64,000 bases of DNA from Pseudomonadota bacterium (GCA_028382005.1 JAOESH010000001.1:36798-100797); one strand, 5' to 3'. Positions 11,065-22,319 are shown, counted from the first letter of the stretch. Notes: generated by a model from the sequence alone, not told the origin. A program made the numbers and translations.

Positions 11065-11547
11065 TCATAAGCAGTGAACAGAACTTGTTACTACACCCCA
11101 AATTTCCATATTCATATCGTCTCTAATTTCAATTGGTTGATATAAATCATTTTCTGGCATTAATATAATTTTGTTAGATTGTTTATACAATCTTTTAACC
11201 GTCATTTGCCCATCTAAAACAGCAATAATTACTTTTCCATGTGATGGTTTAATACTTCTGTCTACAATTAAAATATCATTATCATTGATCCCAGCATTAA
11301 TCATCGAGTCACCATTAACACGTACAAAAAATGTTGCAGCCGGGCGCTTAATTAAATAAGTATTTAAATCTAAAGTTTTTTCTAAATTATCGTCTGCAGG
11401 AGAAGGAAAACCTGCAGAAACTTTCGAACTATACAAAGGAAAGGCTTGAGATCTACTCAGACACGGCTTAAATACTTCTAATTTAGACGGTGTCTTATAA
11501 TGACCATTTTGGGCTAATATTTGCTTAGTTGTTTCTAAATTCATCAT
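11065..11547 (-). CDS. umuD: Pol V subunit UmuD (S24 autopeptidase)
   Basis: SAG-FPSPA cleavage site, GDSM catalytic Ser, TVKRL catalytic Lys; no HTH; stop 1 nt before the umuC start. Confidence 0.92.
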   Translation of the reverse strand: MMNLETTKQILAQNGHYKTPSKLEVFKPCLSRSQAFPLYSSKVSAGFPSPADDNLEKTLDLNTYLIKRPAATFFVRVNGDSMINAGINDNDILIVDRSIKPSHGKVIIAVLDGQMTVKRLYKQSNKIILMPENDLYQPIEIRDDMNMEIWGVVTSSVHCL

Positions 11548-11569
11548 TTCCTCTATTCCAAATAAATTT

Positions 11570-11584
11570 GTTCTTGTTTTGTTC
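11570..11584. promoter_or_regulatory. Alphaproteobacterial LexA (SOS) box
   Basis: Exact GTTC-N7-GTTC (gttc ttgtttt gttc), 22 bp upstream of the umuD start. Confidence 0.85.
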
Positions 11585-11625
11585 TCTTATATATTAAGTA
11601 TAAAGTCAACTGTTAAAAGTCAAAA

Positions 11626-13239
11626 TCAATGTGTTGTACCGAAAGCACCTGGCTTTACAACGTAATCAACGGCGACGCCATAACTAGGATCATCGTCAGC
11701 ATCTACAATTAATTGTCCTGCTTTTCGTAAAAGCGAATGACAATCTGTCGACAAATGCCTTAATTGCAAATGTTTCTTTCTTTTTTTATATTTAACAGCA
11801 AGGTCTTCTATCGCCTGCAAGGCTGATTGATCTACAACACGGCTATTAATAAAATCAACAATTACAATATCAGTATCGGTTTCTAAATTAAATATTTCTG
11901 AAAATCCTTGAACAGAACCGAAAAACAGAGGTCCTTCTATATAATATATAGTATTGCCATTATCATCTATTTTAACATTGCCTCTGATGCGAATTGCATT
12001 ATTCCAAGCGTAAGCAAGAGCCGAGACAATAACCCCACATATGACCGCTATAGCTAAATCATAAATAACAGTAATAGCAGTTACAATTAACATAACAACA
12101 ACATCTGTCATCGGAATACGTCTAACAACCATAATACTCTGCCAAGCAAAAGTGCCAATAACTACCATAAACATCACACCTACTAAGGCAGCTAACGGAA
12201 TTTGTTCTATAAGTGAAGAACCAACTACAATAAATAGAAGTAAAAATAAAGATGCTGTAATTCCAGATATTCTTGTACGGCCACCAGACTTTACATTAAT
12301 CATAGATTGACCAATCATGGCACAACCACCCATACCACTAAAAAAACCAGTTACAGTATTAGCAATACCTTGAGCCATACACTCTTGAGATGCCCCACCA
12401 ATCTTTCCAGTAATATCGCCAACTAAATTAAGTGTTAATAAACTTTCAATCAAACCAATAGTTGCCAAAATCAAGGCATATGGCAATATTATTAGAAGAG
12501 TATCAGCATTAAAGGGAACTAAAGGTATATGAAATGTTGGTAATCCTCCTTTAATAGAAGCCAAATCACCAACACGCGGAACATCAATGTCTAACGATAT
12601 TACAAGTACAGCTACAAAAATTATACCAGCTAGAGGTGCTGGAATGATAGTCGTTATTTTAGGCACAACCCATATTACTAACATAGTAGTAACAACAAGT
12701 AGAAGCATAACAAGCAATGTTTGATCTCCCATCCATTGCCTACTACCAGACAAGTCTGTTATTTGAAATTGAGACATTTGAGCTAAAAAAATAACAATTG
12801 CTAGACCATTCACAAAACCAAGCATAACCGGATAAGGGACTAGTCTAATAAATTTTCCTAACCTTAAAAAAGCAGCTGTGATTTGAAAAATCCCCATTAA
12901 TACCACTGTTGCAAATAAATATTCAACGCCGTGCAAAGAAACTAATGCAACCATTACAACCGCTAATGCCCCCGTTGCTCCAGAAATCATTCCAGGCCTA
13001 CCCCCAATTAAAGCCGTAATCAGCCCAACTATAAAGGCTGCATATAGACCTACTAAAGGATGTACACCAGCAACGAAAGAAAAAGATACAGCTTCAGGGA
13101 CTAATGCCAATGCAACAGTTAAACCTGCCAAAATTTCCGTTTTAAATTTTAATAGTGATGAAAACTTTAAATTAGAAAATTGTAATTCAGAATTTGATAT
13201 TTTTTGGGATAACTCTTTGAATATTTTTTGCATAACCAA
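11626..13239 (-). CDS. SulP/SLC26 inorganic anion transporter with STAS domain
   Basis: GLTVALALVPEA, GGRPGMISGATGA, GGCAMIGQS, GPLFFGS STAS; ATG at 13233 is an alternative start. Confidence 0.9.
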   Translation of the reverse strand: MVMQKIFKELSQKISNSELQFSNLKFSSLLKFKTEILAGLTVALALVPEAVSFSFVAGVHPLVGLYAAFIVGLITALIGGRPGMISGATGALAVVMVALVSLHGVEYLFATVVLMGIFQITAAFLRLGKFIRLVPYPVMLGFVNGLAIVIFLAQMSQFQITDLSGSRQWMGDQTLLVMLLLVVTTMLVIWVVPKITTIIPAPLAGIIFVAVLVISLDIDVPRVGDLASIKGGLPTFHIPLVPFNADTLLIILPYALILATIGLIESLLTLNLVGDITGKIGGASQECMAQGIANTVTGFFSGMGGCAMIGQSMINVKSGGRTRISGITASLFLLLFIVVGSSLIEQIPLAALVGVMFMVVIGTFAWQSIMVVRRIPMTDVVVMLIVTAITVIYDLAIAVICGVIVSALAYAWNNAIRIRGNVKIDDNGNTIYYIEGPLFFGSVQGFSEIFNLETDTDIVIVDFINSRVVDQSALQAIEDLAVKYKKRKKHLQLRHLSTDCHSLLRKAGQLIVDADDDPSYGVAVDYVVKPGAFGTTH

Positions 13240-13350
13240 AATCCTAATTTATTAGACTTAAAACCAAAGTTTATAGTTAGATTGGTTAGATGAAAAATTT
13301 AATTATTAAAGTAATCTAAGAATTAAATAACAATTATATTTTATTAAACC

Positions 13351-13611
13351 TTAGGAGTCTTTATGCCTTTCAAGCAAACTTTCTAAGTCATGATCTACTT
13401 GCTCATCAAATCCATGTCGAGCAGAAAAGAACACTAAGGACATTAAACCAGCGCCTAACAATATAGTAAAGAAAGCACCTACAAAAATAGCAACTAAGCC
13501 ATTATAACTTATTTGCACATCTGACATTTGTAGCCATAAATTTATTGCAAAAAAAGTTATAATTATAAGAGCGCATGATGCAATAACAACAAGTAACAAA
13601 ATATTTTTCAT
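13351..13611 (-). CDS. Small two-TM membrane protein of unknown function
   Basis: Two hydrophobic segments; LGAGLMSLVFFSARHGFD resembles a conserved alphaproteobacterial hypothetical. Confidence 0.7.
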   Translation of the reverse strand: MKNILLLVVIASCALIIITFFAINLWLQMSDVQISYNGLVAIFVGAFFTILLGAGLMSLVFFSARHGFDEQVDHDLESLLERHKDS

Positions 13612-13651
13612 ATTTTAAGTATATATTAACAAACCACCAATAAGTCCATTA

Positions 13652-14839
13652 TTATCTAATAGGTAACTCTGATTTTACTAATTCTTCCCAATATGTAATA
13701 CCTAAAGGCAAAATATTATCATTGAAATCATACTTCGTATTGTGAAGCATACAGCCTGACTTTCCTTCACCTGCACCTAACCAAATATACGCTCCTGGGA
13801 TTTTTTCTAACATATAAGCAAAGTCTTCTGCACCCATAGAAGGCGCCATATTAGTTTTTACAGAACTAGATCCAAATATACTCGAAGTAACTTCAATTGC
13901 TTTTTCACTGGACTCAATATTGTTCACTGTAACAGGATAACCTTTAACAACTGAAACATCTGCTGTGCAACCATAAGCCAATGCTGTTGCCTCACATATA
14001 TCTTTGAATTGTTTATGTACATTTATTCTAGTGTCAGGATTAACTGTTCTAATGGTACCTATGAAATCTGTAACTTGGGGTATTATATTAAACCCAGAGC
14101 CTGCATTGATTTGAGTTACTGAAACAACAACGGCGTCTAGTGGGTTTTGTTTGCGCGAAACTATTTGCTGTAAGGCTTGAACAATAGCTGTAGTTGCTAA
14201 AACAGGATCGTTCGTTGCTTGAGGCATAGCAGCATGACCACCATTACCATTTACAGTAACTTCAAATCTATCTGCCGCAGCCATTACAGAGCCTTTATGT
14301 ACAGCCACACTACCTTCATCCATTCCTGGCCAATTATGCATTCCCCAGACACTATCCATAGGAAATTGTTCAAATAATCCATCCTCAATCATAGCAAGTC
14401 CACCACCTCCACCTTCTTCAGCAGGTTGAAATATAAAATATACAGTTCCATCAAAATCGTTGTTTAAAGACAATATCTTAGCGGCTCCAAGTAACATAGC
14501 TGTATGCCCATCATGTCCACAGGCATGCATACAACCATCAAACTTTGACTTATAAGAAAAATTATTTTCTTCTGTCATGGGCAATGCATCAATATCAGCT
14601 CTTAAACCAATGGCTTTATTCCCTCCACCACCTTGGTTAGCCTTGAGCCCTTTCAAAATACCAACCACACCCGTTTTCCCCAATCCCTTATGAACTTCAA
14701 TTCCAAAAGACTCCAGCTTTGTTACAATAAAATCAGATGTCCACTTTTCTTCGTATCCAAGCTCTGGATGAGCATGCAATTCATGCCTCCAAGTCATAAC
14801 TTCAGGAATGATATTTACAATTTCATTAGATATTTCCAT
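13652..14839 (-). CDS. M20D amidohydrolase (hippurate hydrolase/aminoacylase-like)
   Basis: HAHPELGYEE, LRADIDALP, MHACGHDGH, FQPAEEG, GAEDF. Confidence 0.92.
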   Translation of the reverse strand: MEISNEIVNIIPEVMTWRHELHAHPELGYEEKWTSDFIVTKLESFGIEVHKGLGKTGVVGILKGLKANQGGGGNKAIGLRADIDALPMTEENNFSYKSKFDGCMHACGHDGHTAMLLGAAKILSLNNDFDGTVYFIFQPAEEGGGGGLAMIEDGLFEQFPMDSVWGMHNWPGMDEGSVAVHKGSVMAAADRFEVTVNGNGGHAAMPQATNDPVLATTAIVQALQQIVSRKQNPLDAVVVSVTQINAGSGFNIIPQVTDFIGTIRTVNPDTRINVHKQFKDICEATALAYGCTADVSVVKGYPVTVNNIESSEKAIEVTSSIFGSSSVKTNMAPSMGAEDFAYMLEKIPGAYIWLGAGEGKSGCMLHNTKYDFNDNILPLGITYWEELVKSELPIR

Positions 14840-14984
14840 ATGTTTCTCCTCATAAATAACTATAAATGCTCTTACCAGACAAGGTCAACTTTCTAATCAT
14901 TACTCTATCGTGATAGTAGTTAATATGTTAAATTATTAAAAAATTAAATTTATCTTCTACAAATAAATTAAATAATTATCGTTT

Positions 14985-16283
14985 TTGGATCTTTTAAATA
15001 TGAAATGGATTAATAACACTCTTCCCGAAACTACCTCACAAAAAATTATGTTTATTTTTCTACCTTTTGCGTGCGGATATTTTTTATCTTACCTTTATAG
15101 ATCTACGAATGCTGTTTTAGCTCCCTATTTAAGTAATGATTTAAACTTAAATGCAGAACAACTTGGGTTAATTACATCCGCTTATTTTTTAACGTTTGGC
15201 TTATTTCAATTACCCTTAGGCGTTTTACTTGATAAATTTGGCGCCAGAAAAGTTCAAAGTATTCTTTTTTTAATAGCCGCCACAGGAGCTATATTATTTA
15301 GTTTAGGAAACGATGTCTGGTCACTTGTCACAGCACGTGGTTTGATAGGATTAGGTGTTTCAGGTGCTTTAATGGCTGCTTTTAAGGCCTTTGCTGTTTG
15401 GTTTCCTAAAGAACGACTTCCACTTTTAATAGGTTTGTTTATGTCTGCAGGAGGTATGGGAGCTATTGTAGCATCAACACCCTTAGAAATGGCTTTGCAA
15501 GTAACTGATTGGAGAGGTGTTTATCTGTTTCTTGGAATAGGTACTATTTTTGTTGGTTTATTAATTTTTTTTGTAGTTCCAGAAAAAAGAGAAGATAGTG
15601 ACAATGAAAAACCTTTACCAGTCTTAAAAGTATTAAAAAATATTTATACTAGTTATGCTTTTTGGAGAATAGGCCCTTTGTCTGGAATTGCTGGAGGTAC
15701 TGGGCTTGCAATATTAGGCTTATGGGCAGGCCCCTGGCTTTCAGATATAGGTAAATTTAATAAAAACGAAATTGCAAACATTCTCTTTATTTCAACAATA
15801 ATGATGACAATTGGAACCACCTCTTTAGGGATAATTACAGACTATTTAAGAAAATTTAATATCTCTCCAGTTGGTGTCATGGGTGGAGCTTTATTCGTTT
15901 TTATTATACCTTTAACTATCATCACATTTGGAATAATGCCGAAAGCGATATGGCCATGGGTTGTCTTAAGCATAACATCATTAGCTGCTACATTAGCATA
16001 CGCTGGCCTCAGTCAATATTTTCCAACTAGCTATGCTGCCCGCGCGTCGACAGCCATAAATTTGATATGTTTTTTGATGGCTTTTATAGCTCAATATGCA
16101 ATTGGGTTTATTATGCAAGTAGTTGAACCAGGAAAACAGTCTGGATATTCAATAAAAGCATATCAAGCAGGGTTTGGTTTATTTTTAGGAATACTTATAA
16201 TTTGTTATGTAATATTTATTATTATGAGTGTTTTAGAAATAAGAAAAAAGAAAGGTAACTCTTCTAAGGATAATAACGTTTAG
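14985..16283 (+). CDS. MFS transporter
   Basis: About 12 TM segments, motif A GVLLDKFGARK; ATG at 15000 is an alternative start. Confidence 0.88.
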   Translation: MDLLNMKWINNTLPETTSQKIMFIFLPFACGYFLSYLYRSTNAVLAPYLSNDLNLNAEQLGLITSAYFLTFGLFQLPLGVLLDKFGARKVQSILFLIAATGAILFSLGNDVWSLVTARGLIGLGVSGALMAAFKAFAVWFPKERLPLLIGLFMSAGGMGAIVASTPLEMALQVTDWRGVYLFLGIGTIFVGLLIFFVVPEKREDSDNEKPLPVLKVLKNIYTSYAFWRIGPLSGIAGGTGLAILGLWAGPWLSDIGKFNKNEIANILFISTIMMTIGTTSLGIITDYLRKFNISPVGVMGGALFVFIIPLTIITFGIMPKAIWPWVVLSITSLAATLAYAGLSQYFPTSYAARASTAINLICFLMAFIAQYAIGFIMQVVEPGKQSGYSIKAYQAGFGLFLGILIICYVIFIIMSVLEIRKKKGNSSKDNNV

Positions 16284-16857
16284 CAGTCCATTCATTCTTT
16301 ATTTTCGTAGGCTTTAAAATAAATCTGTCATGCAACCTAAAATCACCATCTTCCCAAAATTCAAACTCATCAGGTTTCAGAGCAAATCCACCCCAAAATA
16401 TTGGTCGAGGTATATTTTCATCGTGTTTAGATTCTAATAATTTAACTTTTTCCATTAAAACTTCTCTAGATTCTAATTCTCTAGATTGCTTAGATGCCCA
16501 CGCACCAATTCTACTACCTCTTGATCTAGATTGGTAGTACTTGTCAGAAACTTCGTCAGATACTTTATTAATACTTCCTGTTAATCTAACCTGACGGTTT
16601 AAACTTTTCCAATAAAAGCAAATTGCACCTTTAGCAGTTTCATTTATCTCGTTAGATTTACGACTTTCATAGTTTGTATAAAAAATAAAAGCTCCATCAA
16701 TAATATCTTTTAGTAAAACAGTTCTAACAGAAGGCATTCCATTTTTTGACACAGTAGCTAACTGCATAGCGTTAGGATCTCTAATTTCATTTTGTTCTGC
16801 TTCAGATAACCAATTTTTAAATAACAAGGTTGGATCTACTATTTTATCTAGCTCCAA
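16264..16857 (-). CDS. pdxH: Pyridoxamine 5'-phosphate oxidase
   Basis: PSVRTVLLK, FYTNYESRK, GAWASKQS, FEFW..GDFRLHDR; TTG start preceded by GGAG RBS. Confidence 0.94.
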   Translation of the reverse strand: MELDKIVDPTLLFKNWLSEAEQNEIRDPNAMQLATVSKNGMPSVRTVLLKDIIDGAFIFYTNYESRKSNEINETAKGAICFYWKSLNRQVRLTGSINKVSDEVSDKYYQSRSRGSRIGAWASKQSRELESREVLMEKVKLLESKHDENIPRPIFWGGFALKPDEFEFWEDGDFRLHDRFILKPTKIKNEWTAKRYYP

Positions 16858-16967
16858 TTATCGTCTCCATATTTTGTTTTGTATTTTTAACGTTTAGTAC
16901 TAATTTTGCCATATTTTGTATATATTACTCATCATGAAATATTTAAAGGCATTATGAAAGGTTTTAT

Positions 16968-17498
16968 ATGTTTAACAAATTTTTATTATTATTTGGATTT
17001 ATTGTTTTATTTTCAAGCAATAGTTATTCTAAAACAAATTTCTATCAAGTAACAGGATCAATCTCATCAGTGGAAGTTCTTAAAACATACACAAAACAAA
17101 GAATGCCTAGAGAAGAAAAGAAATGCTCCATCCAAAGAGTCCCAGTAAATCAAAATGCTCAAACATTTGGTGCGGATAATTTTATTGGTGCTCTGATAGG
17201 AGGTGCTATTGGCAACCAAATTGGTTCTGGTGGAGGGAAATCAGGATCTGCGGCCATAGGAGCATTAATTGGATCTGAGGTTGTTAGAAGTGAGAAAGCT
17301 GCTGCAAATGAAAGTTATACAGAAAAGGAAGTTTGCCGTGTTCAAAAAGTTTTTTATACTGAAACTATAGAGCAAGTTAGTGGTTATAGATTAAATGTAG
17401 AAGTAGATGGAGAAATGATTTCTTTTACTAGTAACAAATCCTATAATCCTGGCGATTTAATAACATTAACAAAGAAGATAAGTTATTCTCTTAATTAA
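16968..17498 (+). CDS. Secreted glycine-zipper 2TM domain protein (YcfJ-like)
   Basis: Signal peptide, GALIGGAIGNQIGSGGG..AAIGALIGS, flanking Cys pair. Confidence 0.75.
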   Translation: MFNKFLLLFGFIVLFSSNSYSKTNFYQVTGSISSVEVLKTYTKQRMPREEKKCSIQRVPVNQNAQTFGADNFIGALIGGAIGNQIGSGGGKSGSAAIGALIGSEVVRSEKAAANESYTEKEVCRVQKVFYTETIEQVSGYRLNVEVDGEMISFTSNKSYNPGDLITLTKKISYSLN

Positions 17499-17605
17499 GA
17501 ATTAATATATTTATATATTAAAAAGAAGTAATTAATTATATAATATCCATTATATGAAATAATTTATGTCACTTTAAAATCTTCATCAAGATCAGGGAAC
17601 CAATT

Positions 17606-18439
17606 ATGAACGAAAAAAATCTCACTAACGGAATCATGAAAGGTAAACGTGGCATAGTTATGGGAGTAGCAAATGATAGATCTATAGCTTGGGGTATTGC
17701 TTCAGCAGCAGCTAAACAAGGTGCTGAACTCGCATTTACCTATCAAGGCGATGCCCTAGAAAAAAGAGTTAAGCCACTAGCCGAATCCGTTGGATCCAGT
17801 ATCATAATACCGTGTGATGTTTCTAGTGATGAAGCTATTGATAAAACCTTTCTTTTACTAAAAGAAAAGTGGGATACTATTGATTTTTTAGTTCATGCCA
17901 TAGCTTATTCAGATAAAGAAGAGTTAAAAGGTGAATATCTCGATACAACAAGAGAAAATTTTTATAAGACTATGGACATATCTGTCTATTCATTTACTGC
18001 AGTAGCTCAAAGGGCTGCAGCGATGATGCCTAATGGTGGATCTATGATTACTTTGACATATTATGGAGCTGAAAAAGTAATGCCACATTATAACGTTATG
18101 GGTGTTGCAAAGGCTGCACTTGAATCTTCTGTAAGGTACTTAGCTGCAGATTTAGGAAGTGATAAAATTAGAGTTAACAGCTTGTCAGCAGGACCTATTA
18201 AAACTCTTGCTGCAAGTGGTATTGGTGACTTCAGATATATACTAAAATGGAATCAATATAATTCTCCGTTAAGAAGAAATGTAACATTGGAAGATGTAGG
18301 TGGATCTGGAGTTTATCTTTTATCAGATTTGTCAGCTGGAGTAACTGGCGAAACACATCATATTGATTGTGGTTATCATGTAGTTGGCATGAAGGCAATT
18401 GACGCCCCAGACATGTCTCCTGAAAAAAAAGATAATTAA
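17606..18439 (+). CDS. fabI: Enoyl-ACP reductase
   Basis: [38 protein letters not shown]. Confidence 0.96.
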   Translation: MNEKNLTNGIMKGKRGIVMGVANDRSIAWGIASAAAKQGAELAFTYQGDALEKRVKPLAESVGSSIIIPCDVSSDEAIDKTFLLLKEKWDTIDFLVHAIAYSDKEELKGEYLDTTRENFYKTMDISVYSFTAVAQRAAAMMPNGGSMITLTYYGAEKVMPHYNVMGVAKAALESSVRYLAADLGSDKIRVNSLSAGPIKTLAASGIGDFRYILKWNQYNSPLRRNVTLEDVGGSGVYLLSDLSAGVTGETHHIDCGYHVVGMKAIDAPDMSPEKKDN

Positions 18440-18462
18440 TTTATCTATTTGAAAGAATTAAA

Positions 18463-19557
18463 ATGGCGAGCAACTCTTTTGGACATATTTTCAAATTCAC
18501 AAGCTTTGGTGAAAGTCACGGCAAAGCAATTGGATGTATAGTTGACGGAGTACCTCCTTTAGTTTCTATAAAAGAAGAAGATATTCAACATTATTTAAAT
18601 AGAAGAAAACCTGGTCAATCAAAATTTGTTACTCAAAGAAAAGAGAGTGATAAAGTTGAAATATTATCTGGTATTTTTGAAGGAAAAACAACAGGTCACC
18701 CTATTGCGCTCCATATCAAAAATGAGGATCAACGAAGTAAAGATTACTCTGAAATATCGCAACAATTTAGACCAGGACACGCTGATATTACTTATCAAAG
18801 TAAATATGGCATAAGAGATTATAGAGGTGGCGGCAGATCAAGTGCACGAGAAACCGCCGTGAGAGTTGCCGCCGGTGCAATAGCTTTTAAAGTATTAGAA
18901 CACAAGCTAAAAAAACCAATAATAATTAGAGCTAGTGTTATTCAGATGGGCCCTAATAAAATAAATAAAGATAATTTTAATTGGAATGAAGTTAATAAAA
19001 ACCCATTCTTTTGTGGAGATCCTGAAGCAGTTAAAGAATGGGAAAGATGGCTAGATGAATTAAGAAAAAAAGGGAATAGTGCCGGTGCTATAATTGAAGT
19101 TGTGGCAGAAAATGTTCCTAAAGGCTTAGGGAGTCCCATCTACAAAAAACTAGATACGCAAATTACAGAAGCACTTATGAGTATAAATGCTGTAAAAGGT
19201 GTTGAAATTGGCTCAGGTTTTAACTTAGCATCCTTAACAGGTGAAGAATCAAATGACGAAATATTTCCTGATAACAAAGGAAGTTATTATTTTGGGTCAA
19301 ATCACTCTGGGGGGATATTAGGAGGAATTTCTTCTGGACAACCAATTATAGCCAGATTTGTAGTCAAACCAACAAGCTCTATTCTAATAGAAAAAAACTC
19401 TATAAACTTAAATAATAAAGCAATCCAAATTAAAACTAAGGGAAGACACGATCCATGTGTTGGAATAAGAGCTGTACCAGTTGCCGAAGCTATGTTCGCT
19501 ATTACTTTGCTTGATCAGTTACTAGAACATGAAAGCCAAATTGGAACTGTCAAATAA
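18463..19557 (+). CDS. aroC: Chorismate synthase
   Basis: [34 protein letters not shown]. Confidence 0.96.
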   Translation: MASNSFGHIFKFTSFGESHGKAIGCIVDGVPPLVSIKEEDIQHYLNRRKPGQSKFVTQRKESDKVEILSGIFEGKTTGHPIALHIKNEDQRSKDYSEISQQFRPGHADITYQSKYGIRDYRGGGRSSARETAVRVAAGAIAFKVLEHKLKKPIIIRASVIQMGPNKINKDNFNWNEVNKNPFFCGDPEAVKEWERWLDELRKKGNSAGAIIEVVAENVPKGLGSPIYKKLDTQITEALMSINAVKGVEIGSGFNLASLTGEESNDEIFPDNKGSYYFGSNHSGGILGGISSGQPIIARFVVKPTSSILIEKNSINLNNKAIQIKTKGRHDPCVGIRAVPVAEAMFAITLLDQLLEHESQIGTVK

Positions 19558-19566
19558 AAGTCTCTT

Positions 19567-20352
19567 TTATTTAGTCGCTACAATTACAAACTCTTTATTT
19601 CCACTTGGGCCTAGGATAGGACTTTGAACAACTCCTAGTAAATTCATTTCCATTTCAGATTCAATCCAATTTTTAATATCGTTTGTAACTTCTTCATGAA
19701 GATTTGGATTTCTTACAACTCCACCTTTACCAACAAGACCTTTCCCCACTTCAAACTGTGGCTTTATTAATGCTGCTAACCATCCATTTTTTTTTAAAAA
19801 TTTAAGCCCTGATGGTAAAATTTTTTTTAATGATATAAAAGAAGCGTCACAAACTATCACATCTAATGGATCTTTTATAATTTCATCCGATAAAAAACGT
19901 GCGTTTGTTTTTTCATTAACTATAACCCTTTTATCTTGTCTTAATTTCCAATCTAATTGACCATAACCAACGTCAACTGCATAAACTTTTTTGGCGCCTT
20001 TTGTTAATAGTACATCTGTAAAGCCACCAGTACTTGCACCTATATCAAGAGCTATTATTGAGTTACAATCTAAATTATATTCTAAAATAGCTTTTTCTAA
20101 CTTCATTCCTCCTCTAGATACCCAAGGATGAATTTTACCTTTTATATCTATTTCTGAATCTGTTGAAATTTGTTGGCCAGACTTATCTATTCGTTTTTGA
20201 TTAACAAACACTTTACCTGACATTAGCATAGAGTTAGCCTGCTCTCTACTCTTAGCATGACCCATTAAAACCATAAGCTTATCTATTCGTTCTTTTGTTA
20301 TCTTTATAAACTCCAAGTAATAATTAAATAAGTTATTTGACGACCATATCAT
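19567..20352 (-). CDS. tlyA: TlyA family rRNA 2'-O-methyltransferase
   Basis: S4 domain, VSRGGMKL, DIGASTGGFTD, LIKPQFE, GPSGNKEF; true start may be TTG at 20316. Confidence 0.92.
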   Translation of the reverse strand: MIWSSNNLFNYYLEFIKITKERIDKLMVLMGHAKSREQANSMLMSGKVFVNQKRIDKSGQQISTDSEIDIKGKIHPWVSRGGMKLEKAILEYNLDCNSIIALDIGASTGGFTDVLLTKGAKKVYAVDVGYGQLDWKLRQDKRVIVNEKTNARFLSDEIIKDPLDVIVCDASFISLKKILPSGLKFLKKNGWLAALIKPQFEVGKGLVGKGGVVRNPNLHEEVTNDIKNWIESEMEMNLLGVVQSPILGPSGNKEFVIVATK

Positions 20353-22288
20353 TATTTAATTTGGAAAGAGGAAGCATTTCTTGTATTGTATTGATTAGTC
20401 CATGAGCATCTAACCCAGCGCTTGCTAGTTGCTCATTTTGAGAAGCATGATCTTGAAAATAATCCGGCATAGTTAAGCATCTCACCTCTTTACCTAAATG
20501 ATTAAGAATACCTTCAGAAGAGAGAAAGTGTAAGCAATGTGAACTAAAACCACCTACAGAACCTTCTTCTACAATAATTAGCTTAGAGTGATTTTTCCAT
20601 AACTCTTGCAAAAGTTCTGTGTCGATGGGCTTAGCAAAGCGAGCGTCTGCAACGGTTATTGAGTAGCCTTCTGAAACTAAACTATCTGCAACTTTTAACG
20701 CAACGCCAACTCTAGTACCTAACGCAAGAATTGCTAAATCTTTTCCTTTTTTAACTATTCGTCCTTTTCCAATTTCAATGATTTCAGGAGATTCAGCGAT
20801 GTCAACACCTTCACCTTCACCTCTAGGGTACCGACAAAAAATTGGTCCATCATTATAACATGAAGACGTTAAAACCATATTAGCTAACTCTGACTCATCA
20901 CTTGGGGCCATTACAACTACGTTAGGTAAACAACAAAGATAAGCTAAGTCAAATGACCCTGCATGAGTTGCTCCGTCAGCACCAACATAGCCTGCTCTAT
21001 CAAGCATAAATTTAACTGGAAGTTTCTGAATAACAACATCATGAATAACCTGATCATAAGCTCTCTGTAAAAATGTTGAGTAAATAACAACAAATGGTTT
21101 TAAACCTTCTGAAGCCATGCCAGCAGCAAATGTTACAGCATGTTGTTCAGCAATACCCACATCATAGAACCTATCTTTAAACTTTTCTGCAAATTTATTT
21201 AACCCTGTTCCAGAAGGCATAGCTGCTGTAATGGCCATGATTTTTTTGTCTTTTTGTGCAATTTTACATAATGTTTCTGAAAAAATATTCGTATAAGTTG
21301 GAGCGTTAGAAACTGATTTAATTGAGTCTCCAGTAATAATGTTAAATTCTGAAACAGCATGGTATTTTTCATGAGACCCTTTTGAGAAAGGATGCCCTCT
21401 TCCTTTTTCTGTTACAACATGAAGTAATATTGGTTTGTCATGAGAGCCATTTTTTAAATTTTCTAAAATTTTTACCATTGATTTAACGTCATGACCGTCA
21501 ATAGGACCAAGATAATTCATACCCATTTGACTAAATATTGTACCTTCAGAGCTTCCTAAAAAATTACGTGCAAGATTTTCAGCTCTTTTAGCCGTTTCAC
21601 CTATCTCTTTTGGAAAGAGATTTACCATTTGTTTGGCTATTTCTCTAACATTGTTAAACGGACGACTTGATACAACATTTGATAAATAATTACTTAACCC
21701 TCCAACAGCAGGTGCAATCGACATATCATTATCATTTAATATTACTAATAAGTTAGTCTTCAAAGCACCTGCATTGTTGATAGCTTCATACGCCATTCCT
21801 GCGCTCATAGCTCCGTCACCGATAACAGCTATAACATTATTAACTTTACCTAATTTGTCTCTTGCAACTGCCATTCCTAGGGCTGCTGAAATAGAAGTAG
21901 ATGAGTGCCCAGCACCAAAAGGATCGTAAACAGACTCAGACCTTTTTGTAAATCCAGAAAGACCCTTAGATTTTCTTAAGGTGTTCATTTGATTTCTTCT
22001 AGACGTTAAAATTTTGTGAGGATAAGCTTGATGACCAACATCCCATATTAATCTATCATCAGGAGTGTCGAAGACATAATGAATGGCAACAGCAAGTTCA
22101 ACAACTCCAAGCCCAGCACCTAAATGACCTCCAGTTTTAGAAACACTGTCAATCATATCAGAACGAAGCTCTGATGATAATTGTTCAAGGTCTTCTATTT
22201 CAAGAAACTTTAAGTCTTTTGGATTGTTCACTTGATCAAGTATTGGGGACGATAATGACCTGTTTTTTTTATTTTTATTTACCATCAA
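20333..22288 (-). CDS. dxs: 1-deoxy-D-xylulose-5-phosphate synthase
   Basis: GGHLGAGLG, WDVGHQAYPHK, GDGAM..NDN, IAEQHA, DRAG.VGADGATH. Confidence 0.96.
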   Translation of the reverse strand: MMVNKNKKNRSLSSPILDQVNNPKDLKFLEIEDLEQLSSELRSDMIDSVSKTGGHLGAGLGVVELAVAIHYVFDTPDDRLIWDVGHQAYPHKILTSRRNQMNTLRKSKGLSGFTKRSESVYDPFGAGHSSTSISAALGMAVARDKLGKVNNVIAVIGDGAMSAGMAYEAINNAGALKTNLLVILNDNDMSIAPAVGGLSNYLSNVVSSRPFNNVREIAKQMVNLFPKEIGETAKRAENLARNFLGSSEGTIFSQMGMNYLGPIDGHDVKSMVKILENLKNGSHDKPILLHVVTEKGRGHPFSKGSHEKYHAVSEFNIITGDSIKSVSNAPTYTNIFSETLCKIAQKDKKIMAITAAMPSGTGLNKFAEKFKDRFYDVGIAEQHAVTFAAGMASEGLKPFVVIYSTFLQRAYDQVIHDVVIQKLPVKFMLDRAGYVGADGATHAGSFDLAYLCCLPNVVVMAPSDESELANMVLTSSCYNDGPIFCRYPRGEGEGVDIAESPEIIEIGKGRIVKKGKDLAILALGTRVGVALKVADSLVSEGYSITVADARFAKPIDTELLQELWKNHSKLIIVEEGSVGGFSSHCLHFLSSEGILNHLGKEVRCLTMPDYFQDHASQNEQLASAGLDAHGLINTIQEMLPLSKLNNDMVVK

Positions 22289-22319
22289 TTAATTTAAACC
22301 TAGTATAATAATCATAGAA

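Noticed and set aside
9741-13239. umuDC-sulP as part of a prophage or ICE
   Set aside because: No integrase, transposase, phage gene, tRNA target or att-like repeat seen nearby
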